Assembly (NCBI GenBank): GCA_037442065.1
Contig: JBBIQZ010000002.1
Coordinates: forward strand, 1 to 54,233
Direction: 5' to 3'
DNA: 54,233 bases
Origin: a bacterium
Lineage (GTDB): Bacteria > Patescibacteriota > CPR2_A > CG2-30-33-46
The notes under the pieces are model-generated. The model did no database searches. It was not told the DNA's origin and saw only the letters and a list, made by a program, of their open reading frames with translations. Below are positions 37,537 to 47,714 of the stretch, in pieces (within the stretch, counting starts at the first letter, position 1; each line of letters begins with the position of its first letter). Position numbers and translations under genes: made by a program.

Positions 37537-39300
37537 TTATTTGCTAAAAACTTTAGCTTTTCTTTTGCTATGCCGTAAATCTAAAACTTCCAGTTCCAGC
37601 GCAGACATCCCAAGGTAAGAATTTTCTCTCAATTTAAAAATAAAATCAATAAGCTTTCCTCCTTGGAATTCATTTCCCCACTCGCCTTTCCTAAAAGCAA
37701 TGGCAGAAAACTTTAAGCCTTCTTTCTCCAAACGAAGTTTTAGATGGTTGTTTAAACCTACTCGGCGGCTTTCTAGAATTTTTGTTTCTCTCATTAAAAA
37801 TAAAGGCTCAGGATTGGCTTCGCCAAAAGGGGTAAAAGCTTCTAAGCTTCTATAAAAAGAAAGGTTTAATTCTTGAGGATTTAGCTCAGCATCAACTAGA
37901 AGACCTATTTTAAAAACCTGCTTAATGCTCCTCTCTGCCTCTTTTTCTAAATTAGAAACAATAGCTTTATGATTTTTTTCTTCATAGGTAAAACCAACCG
38001 CTTGTTTATGGCCACCAACTTTTAAAAAAAGATTATTAATTTTTTCCAGAGCTTTATTTAAATCAAAATTGTTAAAACTACGTCCTGAACCTCTAATAAA
38101 TTTTCCTTTTTTTTCGGCGATAAGCACTGGTTTTTGATAATCCTCTGCTAACCGACCGGCAACAATTCCCAACACTGATGCCGGCCAGCCCTCTTTAGCT
38201 AGGATAATTATTTTTTGGCTTGAGGGAAGATATTTTATCTCCTCTCTTGCTTCTTTTATTATTTTATCTGTCAATTCTTGTCTTAATTTATTTAACTCTT
38301 CAATTTTGCGGGCTAGCTTTAAAGCTTCAATTTGCGACTTTGTTTCTAAAAGCATAAAAGCCCAATTGGCGTGATCCATTCTGCCGGCGGAATTTAATCT
38401 GGGCGCTAAATAAAAGCTTAGGTTACTGTTTGCTTTTTCTCCCATAGATTTTTTTAAGGCTATAATTCCTAATCTTCTTGTTTTTTTAAATACCAAAAAT
38501 CCAAATTTGGCAAATATTCGGTTTTCGGAAATTAAAGGAACAACATCCCCTGCTGTCCCGATAGCCACCAAGTCTAAAAGCCATTTTAAAAATATTTCAC
38601 CCTCTTTATTCCCTTTCAATAATCCTTGTGCGAGCTTAAAAGCAACACCAACACCAGCCAATTTCTTAAAGGGATATTTACAATCTTTTCGTTTAGGATT
38701 TATCACCGCATAAGCAGGCGGCAAAATATCTTTAATTTGGAGTTTGGAATTTGGAGCTTCTAATTTTTCTTGAGGTACTTCATGATGGTCGGTAACGATA
38801 ACATCCATTCCTTGTTTCTTAGCTTCTTTTATTTCGAGAAGATTTCTTATACCGCAATCTACCGTAATAATGAGAGTAACTTTCTTTTTAGCAATCTTTG
38901 TTACTGCCTCTTTGTTTAGACCGTATCCTTCTTTATCGCGATGAGGGATATAAGTTATGGGATTTGCTCCTAAAAATTTTAAAACTTCATAAAGCAAAAC
39001 GGTAGAAGTTACTCCATCGGCATCATAGTCGCCAAAAATAGCTATTTTTTCTTTATCTTTTATTGCTTCTTTAATCCTCAAAACTGCCTTTTTTAAATCT
39101 TTCATTAAAAAGGGATCAAGTAAATTTTCGTAAGAAGGATTTAAAAAATCTTCAATCTTTTCTTGGCGGATTTTTAGAGAATCAGAGATTTTAAAAATTT
39201 CTCTATTTGAGAGAAGTTGAAGAATAATAGGAGAAATATCTTGGTGTTCCTTTAAAATATTTGTTGGCAAACTTTTGGCAATTTTCCACTCTTTTAGCAT
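37537..39300 (-). CDS. recJ: single-stranded-DNA-specific exonuclease RecJ
   Basis: DHH motifs DYDADG, VTDHH and GGHKQA. Confidence 0.92.
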   Translation of the reverse strand: MLKEWKIAKSLPTNILKEHQDISPIILQLLSNREIFKISDSLKIRQEKIEDFLNPSYENLLDPFLMKDLKKAVLRIKEAIKDKEKIAIFGDYDADGVTSTVLLYEVLKFLGANPITYIPHRDKEGYGLNKEAVTKIAKKKVTLIITVDCGIRNLLEIKEAKKQGMDVIVTDHHEVPQEKLEAPNSKLQIKDILPPAYAVINPKRKDCKYPFKKLAGVGVAFKLAQGLLKGNKEGEIFLKWLLDLVAIGTAGDVVPLISENRIFAKFGFLVFKKTRRLGIIALKKSMGEKANSNLSFYLAPRLNSAGRMDHANWAFMLLETKSQIEALKLARKIEELNKLRQELTDKIIKEAREEIKYLPSSQKIIILAKEGWPASVLGIVAGRLAEDYQKPVLIAEKKGKFIRGSGRSFNNFDLNKALEKINNLFLKVGGHKQAVGFTYEEKNHKAIVSNLEKEAERSIKQVFKIGLLVDAELNPQELNLSFYRSLEAFTPFGEANPEPLFLMRETKILESRRVGLNNHLKLRLEKEGLKFSAIAFRKGEWGNEFQGGKLIDFIFKLRENSYLGMSALELEVLDLRHSKRKAKVFSK

Positions 39301-39422
39301 TTAAACCCCAAATAAACTTTTGAATTTTAATTGGTAACTTTTAGTATAGATTACCCGATTCCAAATTCCAAGCCTGCTTTTTTAATAGCTACTATGCTCT
39401 TCCTTTGAGTAATAAGTAAAAG

Positions 39423-39451
39423 CGGCGATTTGGTAATGTGCCAAATCGCCG
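39423..39451 (-). terminator. hairpin terminator after secF
   Basis: 11-bp stem CGGCGATTTGG / CCAAATCGCCG followed by CTTTT on the minus strand. Confidence 0.55.
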
Positions 39452-39467
39452 TTCTACCAAAATTCAA

Positions 39468-40373
39468 TCAAGAGTTGGCTTTTGCCTTTCGCTTGTCGTC
39501 CCAGTTTTTCCAAACCACCAAAAGAGGACTGGCTATAAATATGGATGAATAAGTTCCGGTTATCATCCCTAAAAGAAGGGCTAAAACAAAAGTCTTTATT
39601 GTTTCACCGCCCATTAAAAGAAGAGCTAAAATAACAAAAATAATAACCAAAGAGGTGTTAATAGAGCGCGCAATCATTTCTAAAACACTATCATTCACAA
39701 TCTCTGAAAAATTTTCTTTGCTGGATTTTTTCAAATTTTCACGGATACGGTCAAAAATAACAATCGTATCATGAACAGAAAAACTAATAACCGTTAAAAG
39801 TGCTGTTACAAATAAGCTGTCAATTTCAATATGAAAAAGAACTCCCAAAACCGAAAAAGCACCAACTACAAACAAAACATCATGAAGAATAGCCAAAACA
39901 GCACAGGCCCCGTATTTCCAAGAAGCCACCGGCCGAGAAACTTTCCTAAAAGACCAACCAACATACAAAATAATCATTAAAGAAGCTAGAGCTATAGATA
40001 AATAAGCTTTTTTTGTTATTTCCTTGCTGACAGTTGGGCCGATAGTTTCAAATCTTACCTCTTTTATTTCCTTGTCTTCGTTTGCTTTTTTAATTTGATC
40101 TAATATCTTTTTATGAGTTTCTTCATTTAAAATCTTGGTTTTAATTTTTATTGAATCATTACTACTTTTATCTATCGAATTAAATTCTATTTGTGCATTA
40201 CTTAAAGATTCTTTAACTTTCTGAACATTATTAATTCCAGAAACTTCTAAAAAACTCCCACCAGTAAAATCCAAGCCTGGCTTTAGGCCTCCAAAGACTA
40301 TCCCCAAAACTCCAAGAGTAAAAAATACTGCCCAGATGGAAAACCAAATTTTTCTTCTTCCTATTATATCCAT
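39468..40373 (-). CDS. secF: protein translocase subunit SecF
   Basis: Six-TM SecF layout with conserved DTIVIFDRIREN. Confidence 0.93.
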   Translation of the reverse strand: MDIIGRRKIWFSIWAVFFTLGVLGIVFGGLKPGLDFTGGSFLEVSGINNVQKVKESLSNAQIEFNSIDKSSNDSIKIKTKILNEETHKKILDQIKKANEDKEIKEVRFETIGPTVSKEITKKAYLSIALASLMIILYVGWSFRKVSRPVASWKYGACAVLAILHDVLFVVGAFSVLGVLFHIEIDSLFVTALLTVISFSVHDTIVIFDRIRENLKKSSKENFSEIVNDSVLEMIARSINTSLVIIFVILALLLMGGETIKTFVLALLLGMITGTYSSIFIASPLLVVWKNWDDKRKAKANS

Positions 40374-40376
40374 AGC

Positions 40377-41723
40377 TTAATCTTTCTTAACTTCTCTCTC
40401 CCTTATGCCCAAAAGAAGGTTTAGAAACTTTTCGTTTTTTATAAATTTTTGGCCTGACATAAACCGCAGAATTGGTTCTGAAACTAAAACTACTGTTAAC
40501 AAACTTACGATAACTCCAATCGCCAGAGTAATTCCAAACCCTTTAATTAATCCTGTGCCCAAATAGTAAACAATGGCAGCAAGAATTAAGCTCACCATAT
40601 TAGAATCCCAAATACTGCTCCAAGCACCCCGGTAGCCAGCCTCTATTGACATACTTAGCGGTTTTCCTTTTCTCTTCTCTTCTCTTATTCTTTCTAAAAT
40701 TAAAACTGAGGCCTCGGCAGCGGCTCCGGTTGAAAGAATAAACCCGGCAATACCCGCTAAAGTTAAGGTCACCGAAAGCAATTTAAATGCCGATAAAGTT
40801 ACCAAAGTATAAACCAATAAAGAAAAAACCGTCAAAAGCCCCAAAAATCTGTAAAACATCAGAAGGAAAATCATTAAAGCCATAAGGCCGATAAAACCGG
40901 CCAAAAAACTACTGTCTAAAGATTCTTCGCCCAAAGTTGCGCCAATATTTTTTTGTTCAGCTAATTTTAAAGGAACAGGTAAAGCACCTGCATTTAATTG
41001 AATTGCAAGGTTTTTTGCTTCTTGTAAGCTAAATTTTCCGGTTATTCTGGCCTTTCCGTCGGTAATTTCGTTTTGAACGGTCGGCGCCGAAAGAAGATCT
41101 TCGTCTAAAAATATAGCAATTTGTTTACCAATATTTCTTTTAGTGGCATCGGCAAATTTTTGAGCCCCCTCGGAATTAAACTCCAAATTAATTTCTATAT
41201 TTCCTTGTTCATCTCTTCCAATATCGGCCCTTTTAAATTCAGCGCCAGTTAAGATTGGTTCTTTGTTCCACACCCCGCCTAAAGAAACCGGGGTATTGGG
41301 TTCGGCGCTTACATTTCCTTGCTCTTTAAATTGAAGCTGGGCTGTTTTTCCGATTAAATTTACCGCCTCATCTATATTAGAAATTCCCGGAAGTTCTACA
41401 ACTACTCTTAGAGAGTCTCCAAAAGTTTCCGGGTAAATTACCGGCTCGGAAACCCCAAAAGCATCAACGCGATTTCTAATAACCGCGATGGCTTTGTCTT
41501 GGGCTTCGGATTTTTTCTTTTCTTTTGACACATCAAGCTCGTAAACTAATTGTGTTCCGCCTTGTAAGTCTAAGCCCTTATGAAGCTTTAACTGCTTTTT
41601 ATAGTTAATGCCCAACATTGTTAAATCTAAATCAGGACCTTTAGGCAAAACGACCAAGGTTGTAAGTATCAAAATGATAAACAAAACAATAAACTTAATA
41701 AGTAGACCTTTTTTGCTTCCCAT
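40377..41723 (-). CDS. secD: protein translocase subunit SecD
   Basis: LDLQGG, VIRNRVDAFGVSEP, periplasmic domain and C-terminal six-TM bundle. Confidence 0.93.
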   Translation of the reverse strand: MGSKKGLLIKFIVLFIILILTTLVVLPKGPDLDLTMLGINYKKQLKLHKGLDLQGGTQLVYELDVSKEKKKSEAQDKAIAVIRNRVDAFGVSEPVIYPETFGDSLRVVVELPGISNIDEAVNLIGKTAQLQFKEQGNVSAEPNTPVSLGGVWNKEPILTGAEFKRADIGRDEQGNIEINLEFNSEGAQKFADATKRNIGKQIAIFLDEDLLSAPTVQNEITDGKARITGKFSLQEAKNLAIQLNAGALPVPLKLAEQKNIGATLGEESLDSSFLAGFIGLMALMIFLLMFYRFLGLLTVFSLLVYTLVTLSAFKLLSVTLTLAGIAGFILSTGAAAEASVLILERIREEKRKGKPLSMSIEAGYRGAWSSIWDSNMVSLILAAIVYYLGTGLIKGFGITLAIGVIVSLLTVVLVSEPILRFMSGQKFIKNEKFLNLLLGIREREVKKD

Positions 41724-41811
41724 GTTTTTTAATTATAAATTTTTAAGTTTTAAAAATCCAGACCTTAAATTATCTATCAAAGACATATTTCTTTTACTTG
41801 TGCAAACCCTA

Positions 41812-42429
41812 TTAAAATTCGGCTAAAATATTTTTAACTTCTAGGTCTTCTGTTTGCGGAAAAAAGTCGTAGAACTGGCCGACAGCAAAAAATAGTTCTG
41901 GTGCCGCCAAATAGTAAACTTTTAAAGCTTTGCCTTTTATCTTTTCTAAAGCATCTTTAGCAATAACCGGAGTAGCTAAAATAATCTCTTTAGTTTTTTT
42001 AAGTTTAAGGAAGTTGATTGCCGCAATAGTTGTAAGGCCGGTGGCAATCCCATCATCCACTAAAATTATAGTTTTACCTTCCAAATCTGGTTCTTTTTTG
42101 TTTCCCCGATATTCTTTTAATCTTCTTTTAATCTCTTCTTTTTCTTTCTGTGCCTCCTTTGCTAGGTATTCTTTAGAAACTTCCACCTCGAGATTTTTAA
42201 CGATATTTCCTTCTTCATCAACAGCGCCAATGGCAAACTCCGGGTCTTGAGGAGCCCCGATTTTTCTAACTACTACAATATCCAAAGGCAAATTTAAACC
42301 TTTAGCAATTTCCAAAGCCACCACTACGCCGCCGCGAGGAATTGCTAAAACCAAAGTATCCTTTTGGTTTTGATACTTTTTAAGTTTATCTGTTAATTTT
42401 TGGCCAGCTTCTTTCCGATCTTTAAACAA
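41812..42429 (-). CDS. phosphoribosyltransferase-family protein
   Basis: PRPP-binding loop IILVDDGIATGLT. Confidence 0.85.
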   Translation of the reverse strand: MFKDRKEAGQKLTDKLKKYQNQKDTLVLAIPRGGVVVALEIAKGLNLPLDIVVVRKIGAPQDPEFAIGAVDEEGNIVKNLEVEVSKEYLAKEAQKEKEEIKRRLKEYRGNKKEPDLEGKTIILVDDGIATGLTTIAAINFLKLKKTKEIILATPVIAKDALEKIKGKALKVYYLAAPELFFAVGQFYDFFPQTEDLEVKNILAEF

Positions 42430-42438
42430 AGCTTTTCC

Positions 42439-42996
42439 TTAAGAGTTTTTTAGATTAACTCTAAAAATCGTTTTATATTCCGGCCCTTCTCTTTTTAAAA
42501 TGCTCTCCATTACATCGATTGAAGAAACTAAAAATTTCCCTAGATTTACGTTCCTGAAATTTGTGATGTTCTCTATATTTTTTACCCGATCTTTAATCCG
42601 ACCGATTGTTAGATGAGGTATAAACTCTCTATCTTCAACCTTGAAACCGCTTATATTAAGCTGCTTTTTAAGGCTGCTTTTAAGATTAATTATATTCAAA
42701 TCTTGGCTACCCCCAATCCATATGACCCTCGGCAAACTTATGGTCGGAAAGAAACCGATGTTTTCTAAATTTAGCTCAAACTTTTCTTGGTTATTAGAAA
42801 CAATTTTTAAAATGGCCGTTACTTTGGCAATTTCTTCCTTGGTAAGCCAGCCTAAAAATGCCATAGTAATATGTGCGCCTTGCGGGTTTATCCATTTAAC
42901 TCCCCTAGAGGATTTTTCCAGTTTCTTTATAAGACTTTTAATCTTGCTTTTTATTTCAGGAGGGAAGTTTAAAGCAATAAAGATTCTTTTTTTCAT
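42439..42996 (-). CDS. thpR: RNA 2',3'-cyclic phosphodiesterase (2H phosphoesterase)
   Basis: Two HxT motifs (HITMAF and HLTIGR). Confidence 0.85.
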   Translation of the reverse strand: MKKRIFIALNFPPEIKSKIKSLIKKLEKSSRGVKWINPQGAHITMAFLGWLTKEEIAKVTAILKIVSNNQEKFELNLENIGFFPTISLPRVIWIGGSQDLNIINLKSSLKKQLNISGFKVEDREFIPHLTIGRIKDRVKNIENITNFRNVNLGKFLVSSIDVMESILKREGPEYKTIFRVNLKNS

Positions 42997-43054
42997 TTTA
43001 ACTCTCTCTTTATAATTGTAACATAATTAACTAAAATAAGATAAGTTAGAGAAT

Positions 43055-44851
43055 ATGAAATTTGCTAAAATTTTACCATTTTCATATCCAGACATCCTAA
43101 CCTATTCTGTTCCCCGAAACCTAATAGCTAAAGCAAGGATAGGCCAGGTTGTAAAAATACCTTTAGGAAAAAAAGAAACTAAAGGAGTAATTTTTGAGTT
43201 TTTAAAAAACCGGCCTCTGTTTAAAACAAAACCGATTATCGATGTTCCTGATTCTTTGACCCTCTTTACCGAAACACAAATTAAGCTTGCTAAGTGGCTT
43301 TCGCTGTATTACTTTTCTTCACTCTATCAAGTGCTTAAAAATATCAAACCAGAAGGCTTAGAAAATGCAAAAGGCATTAAAAAACAAGAAGATGAAAAAT
43401 TAAAAAACATGTCTTTAGGGAAAAAAATTATCCTCTTCGGAAACGTTAAAAAAGAAGTTGCCTATCTAAAAGTAGCCCAAAAATTCTTAAAAGCTAAAAA
43501 ACAAGTTTTGATATTATTTCCCGACTACTTAAGCCTGGAAAATTTTTTAAAAAAGACTTCTAAAAATCTAGATTTAAAAAAAACAGCCATTATTACCGGA
43601 AAGACCAAAAATGAAGAAAAGCAAAAAGAATGGTTTAAAATAAAAACTAAAGAAAAACTTTTGATTTTAGGAACAAGAACTGCTTGCTTTTATCCTTTTA
43701 CAAACCTCGGACTTATAATCGTAGACCAAGAATACGAGGATGGATATCTTCAAGAAAAAACTCCTAAATATGACGTGCGGGAAGTTGCGGAATTTTTGCA
43801 AAAAATTACCGGCTGTACTTTAATTTTGCAAACCGATATCTTAACTTTAGAAAATTTTTACCGCCTAAAAAACGGTTACCAAATTGCAAAGATTAAAAAT
43901 CGCAAAATAAAATATAAAGTGGCCCTTTTAGTTAGCGATAATTTTACAATCCTAGAAGACATTCAAAGCTTAATTAAAAAAAACTTAGAAAGAAACAAAA
44001 AAGTCATTTTGTTCTTAAACAAGAAGGGACGAAACATTTTTGTTTTATGTAGAAACTGCGGCTTTTCTCCGGCTTGCCCAGATTGCAAGGTACCGCTTTC
44101 GGTTTCTTCCACTTTACTAACCTGCAACCATTGCGGATTTAAAAAAGAAGTTCCATTAGAATGCGAAAATTGCGGCAGTGTTATCGTTAAGAAATACGGT
44201 GTCGGGACAGAAAAGCTTGAAGAAGCTGCAAAATCTGCCTTTTTGAAAAATAAAATCTTAAGAATCGATGAAACGACCAAAAAAAATGTAAATTCTAAAC
44301 TAATTAAAGAAGCTCAAATAATAGTTGGCACTAAACTTTTAAAAAATATCTCTTTTAAAAACGTGGGGCTTTTTGTTTTTTTCTCTATCGACAATTTGCT
44401 TAATCTTCCAACCTACAGGGCAGCCGAATTAACCCAAAAAACTTTAGCTTCTTTTCTAGCTAGACTTCCCAAAGACGCGTTGGCAGTTATTAAAACGGCA
44501 AATCCAAAACATCCTTTATTAAAAGCCGCTCAAAAACAAAGCTTTAAAGATTTTTTCAAAGAAGAATTAAAAAACTTAAAAAAATTCCACTACCCGCCTT
44601 TTTATGATTTTATTCAAATAGTCCTTTCCGGCAAAAACCAGAAAGATATTGAAAAAGAAGCTTTAAAATTAAAAAACAGCCTTAAAAAATACGAAATCTT
44701 AGGCCCTTTTATACCCTATATTTCCCAAAAAAGAAAACTTCAAAGATTAGCTTTGGTTGTAAAAGCTCCCAAAGATACCATTTTTTATGATAAAATGTTT
44801 AAGTTAACAAAAAATATTTCTGTCACTAGAAATCCAGAAAAAATTTTATAG
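43055..44851 (+). CDS. priA: primosomal protein N' homologue with degenerate helicase motifs
   Basis: PriA-type N-terminal 3'-DNA-binding region and four CxxC zinc-finger pairs (CRNCG..CPDC..CNHCG..CENCG). It is colinear with PriA, but Walker A, the DEAH box, motif III and motif VI are all substituted. Confidence 0.8.
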   Translation: MKFAKILPFSYPDILTYSVPRNLIAKARIGQVVKIPLGKKETKGVIFEFLKNRPLFKTKPIIDVPDSLTLFTETQIKLAKWLSLYYFSSLYQVLKNIKPEGLENAKGIKKQEDEKLKNMSLGKKIILFGNVKKEVAYLKVAQKFLKAKKQVLILFPDYLSLENFLKKTSKNLDLKKTAIITGKTKNEEKQKEWFKIKTKEKLLILGTRTACFYPFTNLGLIIVDQEYEDGYLQEKTPKYDVREVAEFLQKITGCTLILQTDILTLENFYRLKNGYQIAKIKNRKIKYKVALLVSDNFTILEDIQSLIKKNLERNKKVILFLNKKGRNIFVLCRNCGFSPACPDCKVPLSVSSTLLTCNHCGFKKEVPLECENCGSVIVKKYGVGTEKLEEAAKSAFLKNKILRIDETTKKNVNSKLIKEAQIIVGTKLLKNISFKNVGLFVFFSIDNLLNLPTYRAAELTQKTLASFLARLPKDALAVIKTANPKHPLLKAAQKQSFKDFFKEELKNLKKFHYPPFYDFIQIVLSGKNQKDIEKEALKLKNSLKKYEILGPFIPYISQKRKLQRLALVVKAPKDTIFYDKMFKLTKNISVTRNPEKIL

Positions 44852-44858
44852 GAAAATT

Positions 44859-45413
44859 ATGACAGCTTTAAAAATAATAACCGTTCCTTCACCAATTTTA
44901 CGAAGGAAAGCAATAAAAATAAAAAATATCGATTCCTCCATAAAAGATTTAATTTCTCATATGGTAGAAACTTTAAGAAAAGTGGGAGGCTTGGGTCTTG
45001 CTGCCCCGCAAGTAGGGCAACCAATAAGAATAGCTGTTATTGAATCAAATAGAAAAAGTTCACCAAAGGCTGATCGCCTAGACGAAAAAAACAAAAAATC
45101 CTCGCCTAAAATTCCTTTAACCATCCTTATAAACCCAGAAATTATAGAATACTCTAAAGAAACTGAAAAAAGCGAAGAAGGGTGCCTTTCCATCCCAGAA
45201 ATTTGGGGAGTTGTCGAAAGAGCAAAATCAGTTAAAGTAAAGGCTTTAAACGAAAAAGGTAAAAAAGTGAAAATAAAAGCCAAGGATTTATTTGCCCGGG
45301 TCTTACAGCACGAAATAGACCACCTAAACGGTATTTTATTTACCGATAAAGCTGATGTTAATACTCTTCATAAAATTGGCTCTAAAGGGGAAATAATCAA
45401 AGTGAAATTATGA
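44859..45413 (+). CDS. def: peptide deformylase
   Basis: Motifs GLAAPQVG, EGCLSIP and HEIDHLNG. Confidence 0.93.
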   Translation: MTALKIITVPSPILRRKAIKIKNIDSSIKDLISHMVETLRKVGGLGLAAPQVGQPIRIAVIESNRKSSPKADRLDEKNKKSSPKIPLTILINPEIIEYSKETEKSEEGCLSIPEIWGVVERAKSVKVKALNEKGKKVKIKAKDLFARVLQHEIDHLNGILFTDKADVNTLHKIGSKGEIIKVKL

Positions 45414-46327
45414 TATCTAACGATAAACAACCACTAACTAACAATAATAAAATTATTTTTGCTGGGAACGGACATTTTGCGGCAATCCAGGTAGAAAACT
45501 TATCAAAAGCTTATTCTTTAGAAATTATTACTCAAAAAAATTATACAGAAGTTAAAAAAACGGCCCAAAGGTTAAAATTAAAAATTCATCAAGTAAAAAA
45601 CAAACTAGAGCTAGAGAATATTTTAAAACAATTAAAACCGGAGCTTTTAATTGTTTCTGACTTTGGGATAATCCTTTCTTTAAAAGCTTTAAAAATCCCT
45701 AAGCTTACGATAAATACCCACCCTTCACTCTTACCAAAATACAGAGGGCCATCACCTTATGTCACCGCCTTATTAAATGGCGATAAAGAAACCGGAGTTT
45801 CGATTATTAAAATGGCTAAAAAAGTTGATGCCGGTCCAATTTTTATTCAAGAAAAGCTAAAAATTGAAAAAGAGGATACCCAAACCTCTCTTCGGGAAAA
45901 ATTAGGAAAACTGGCAGCCAAACTTTTGATAAATAATTTAGAAAAAATCACCACCGGAAAAATAAAACCGATTTCCCAAAACGAAAAGCAAGCCTCTTTA
46001 ACGCAAGCATTTAAAAAAGAAGATGGAAGAATAAATTGGGATGAATCAGCCGAAGCTATTGAGCGAAAAATAAGAGCTTTTAATCCCTGGCCGGGGACTT
46101 TTACTTTCTTTGATTCTCCTAAAAAAACTTTGCGGGTAAAAATTTTAGAAGCAGTGGTTGAAAAAGGAAATAATTCAAAAGCCGGGGAAATAAAAATCGA
46201 AAATGGACTTAAGATAAAAACTAGTAAAGATTTCTTAATTATAAAAAACCTTCAACCCGAAGGCAAAAAAGAAATGACCGCCAAAGAATTCTTGTCTGGA
46301 TATAATATTATTTCTCTAGTTAAATAA
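45410..46327 (+). CDS. fmt: methionyl-tRNA formyltransferase
   Basis: NTHPSLLPKYRGPSP motif, a C-terminal tRNA-binding domain, and follows def. Confidence 0.92.
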   Translation: MISNDKQPLTNNNKIIFAGNGHFAAIQVENLSKAYSLEIITQKNYTEVKKTAQRLKLKIHQVKNKLELENILKQLKPELLIVSDFGIILSLKALKIPKLTINTHPSLLPKYRGPSPYVTALLNGDKETGVSIIKMAKKVDAGPIFIQEKLKIEKEDTQTSLREKLGKLAAKLLINNLEKITTGKIKPISQNEKQASLTQAFKKEDGRINWDESAEAIERKIRAFNPWPGTFTFFDSPKKTLRVKILEAVVEKGNNSKAGEIKIENGLKIKTSKDFLIIKNLQPEGKKEMTAKEFLSGYNIISLVK

Positions 46328-46339
46328 AACGGATATTCT

Positions 46340-46534
46340 TTAGTCCAAATGTCCGATAGTATTAGCTTGTAAATTTGGTAAATAGTAAATATCGCAATAG
46401 ATCCAAAGTGCAAATACTTCTGCTGTATTCTCCAGCGTATCTACCCCATCAAGTTCTTTATCGCTATTATAAATTTTTACTCTTACGGGATTGTGGTAAG
46501 AAACATACCAGTCCAAACCGTCAATCTTTCGCAA
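46340..46534 (-). CDS. doubtful short ORF (TTG start) or gene fragment
   Basis: No in-frame ATG and no recognisable motif. A promoter-like TTGATA-18 nt-TAGAAT with an upstream TG lies at 46588..46617. Confidence 0.3.
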   Translation of the reverse strand: MRKIDGLDWYVSYHNPVRVKIYNSDKELDGVDTLENTAEVFALWIYCDIYYLPNLQANTIGHLD

Positions 46535-46701
46535 CGAAGTATCTTTGACGCCTAAAACTTCCTTTTCAATGACCTAAATAACAACCGATTCTATCATAAA
46601 CCAAAGAAATATATCAATCCCACAAAATGCACGCCTTTTGAAAAAATTCGCTTAAGAGAATTACAAAAATTTTGATATTTGATTTTTGAACTTTGATTTT
46701 T

Positions 46702-46745
46702 GAGGAATAAAATATGTGAGCAAGTGCTCACATATTTTATTCCTC
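46702..46745. repeat. 44-nt perfect palindrome overlapping the nrnA stop codon
   Basis: GAGGAATAAAATATGTGAGCA-AG-TGCTCACATATTTTATTCCTC, 21 paired positions. Confidence 0.85.
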
Positions 46746-47714
46746 AACGATCTCCCATCCTTCTTCTGTCTCCTTAAGCTTTCCTTTTATTCTAAAGCCA
46801 GATGCTCTAACATGCCCGCCGCCGCCTAAAAGGTTGGCTATTTTTCTAACATCCAGCCCCCCTGACTCGGAACGTAGGCTCCCCTGTATTTCGCCTTCCT
46901 CTTCCCTCAAAAGCAAAGCGGCCCTAGCTTCGGGAATAGAATTTATTAAATTAACAACCCCTGCTAAATCTTCTTTGGTTGCCCCGCATTCTTCTAAATC
47001 TTTTTTGGTAATAACCGAAGCAACAATCCCTTTAGTCCTATCGGTTTTTATACGGGACAAAACTCTTCCCCATAATTTTAAAGTTGAAATGTCCTTTTTC
47101 CTGTAAGTATTGTAGGCTATCTTTTTAATATTAGCCCCTTTTGAAACAAGATTAGCGGCAATTTCTAAAACTCTACCGGTAGTATTAGAATGCATAAAAC
47201 TGCCTGTATCGGTAAAAATGCCAGTTAAAAGACATTCGGCCAAATCCCTATCGATATCTAAATTTAAATTCCTTAGAAAATAAAAAATAAGTTCGGCAGT
47301 AGATGACGAAGATGGGCTAACAATATTAATGTTACCAAAAGGATCGTCTTGAGGATGATGATCTATGTTTACTAAAACCGCATTTTTAGAACCTAAAATT
47401 TCTTTTTCAAATCCGGTTCTTTCTAGATTACCGCAGTCTAAAATTAAAACTAATTCTAAGTCCTGGGGTAATTCTTCTTCAAAATAAGGAAAAGGTAAAA
47501 AATTAAAATTTAAAGGCAGGGAACCGGAAAGAAAAAATTTTGCTTTAACCTGTAACCTCTGCAATGCCAAAGCAACGGCCGAAATACTGCCTAACGCATC
47601 GCCATCGGGATCTTCGTGGGTAAAAACAGCTGTATTTTTAGAATTTTCCAAAAGGCTTTTAATTTTTTTAAATTTTTCTTCAAGTATTTTTGTTTCCATT
47701 TTTCTTTTTTGCAA
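46737..47714 (-). CDS. nrnA: DHH-family oligoribonuclease / pAp phosphatase NrnA-like
   Basis: DPDGDALGS, NIDHHP and GGGGH motifs. Confidence 0.88.
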   Translation of the reverse strand: MQKRKMETKILEEKFKKIKSLLENSKNTAVFTHEDPDGDALGSISAVALALQRLQVKAKFFLSGSLPLNFNFLPFPYFEEELPQDLELVLILDCGNLERTGFEKEILGSKNAVLVNIDHHPQDDPFGNINIVSPSSSSTAELIFYFLRNLNLDIDRDLAECLLTGIFTDTGSFMHSNTTGRVLEIAANLVSKGANIKKIAYNTYRKKDISTLKLWGRVLSRIKTDRTKGIVASVITKKDLEECGATKEDLAGVVNLINSIPEARAALLLREEEGEIQGSLRSESGGLDVRKIANLLGGGGHVRASGFRIKGKLKETEEGWEIVEE

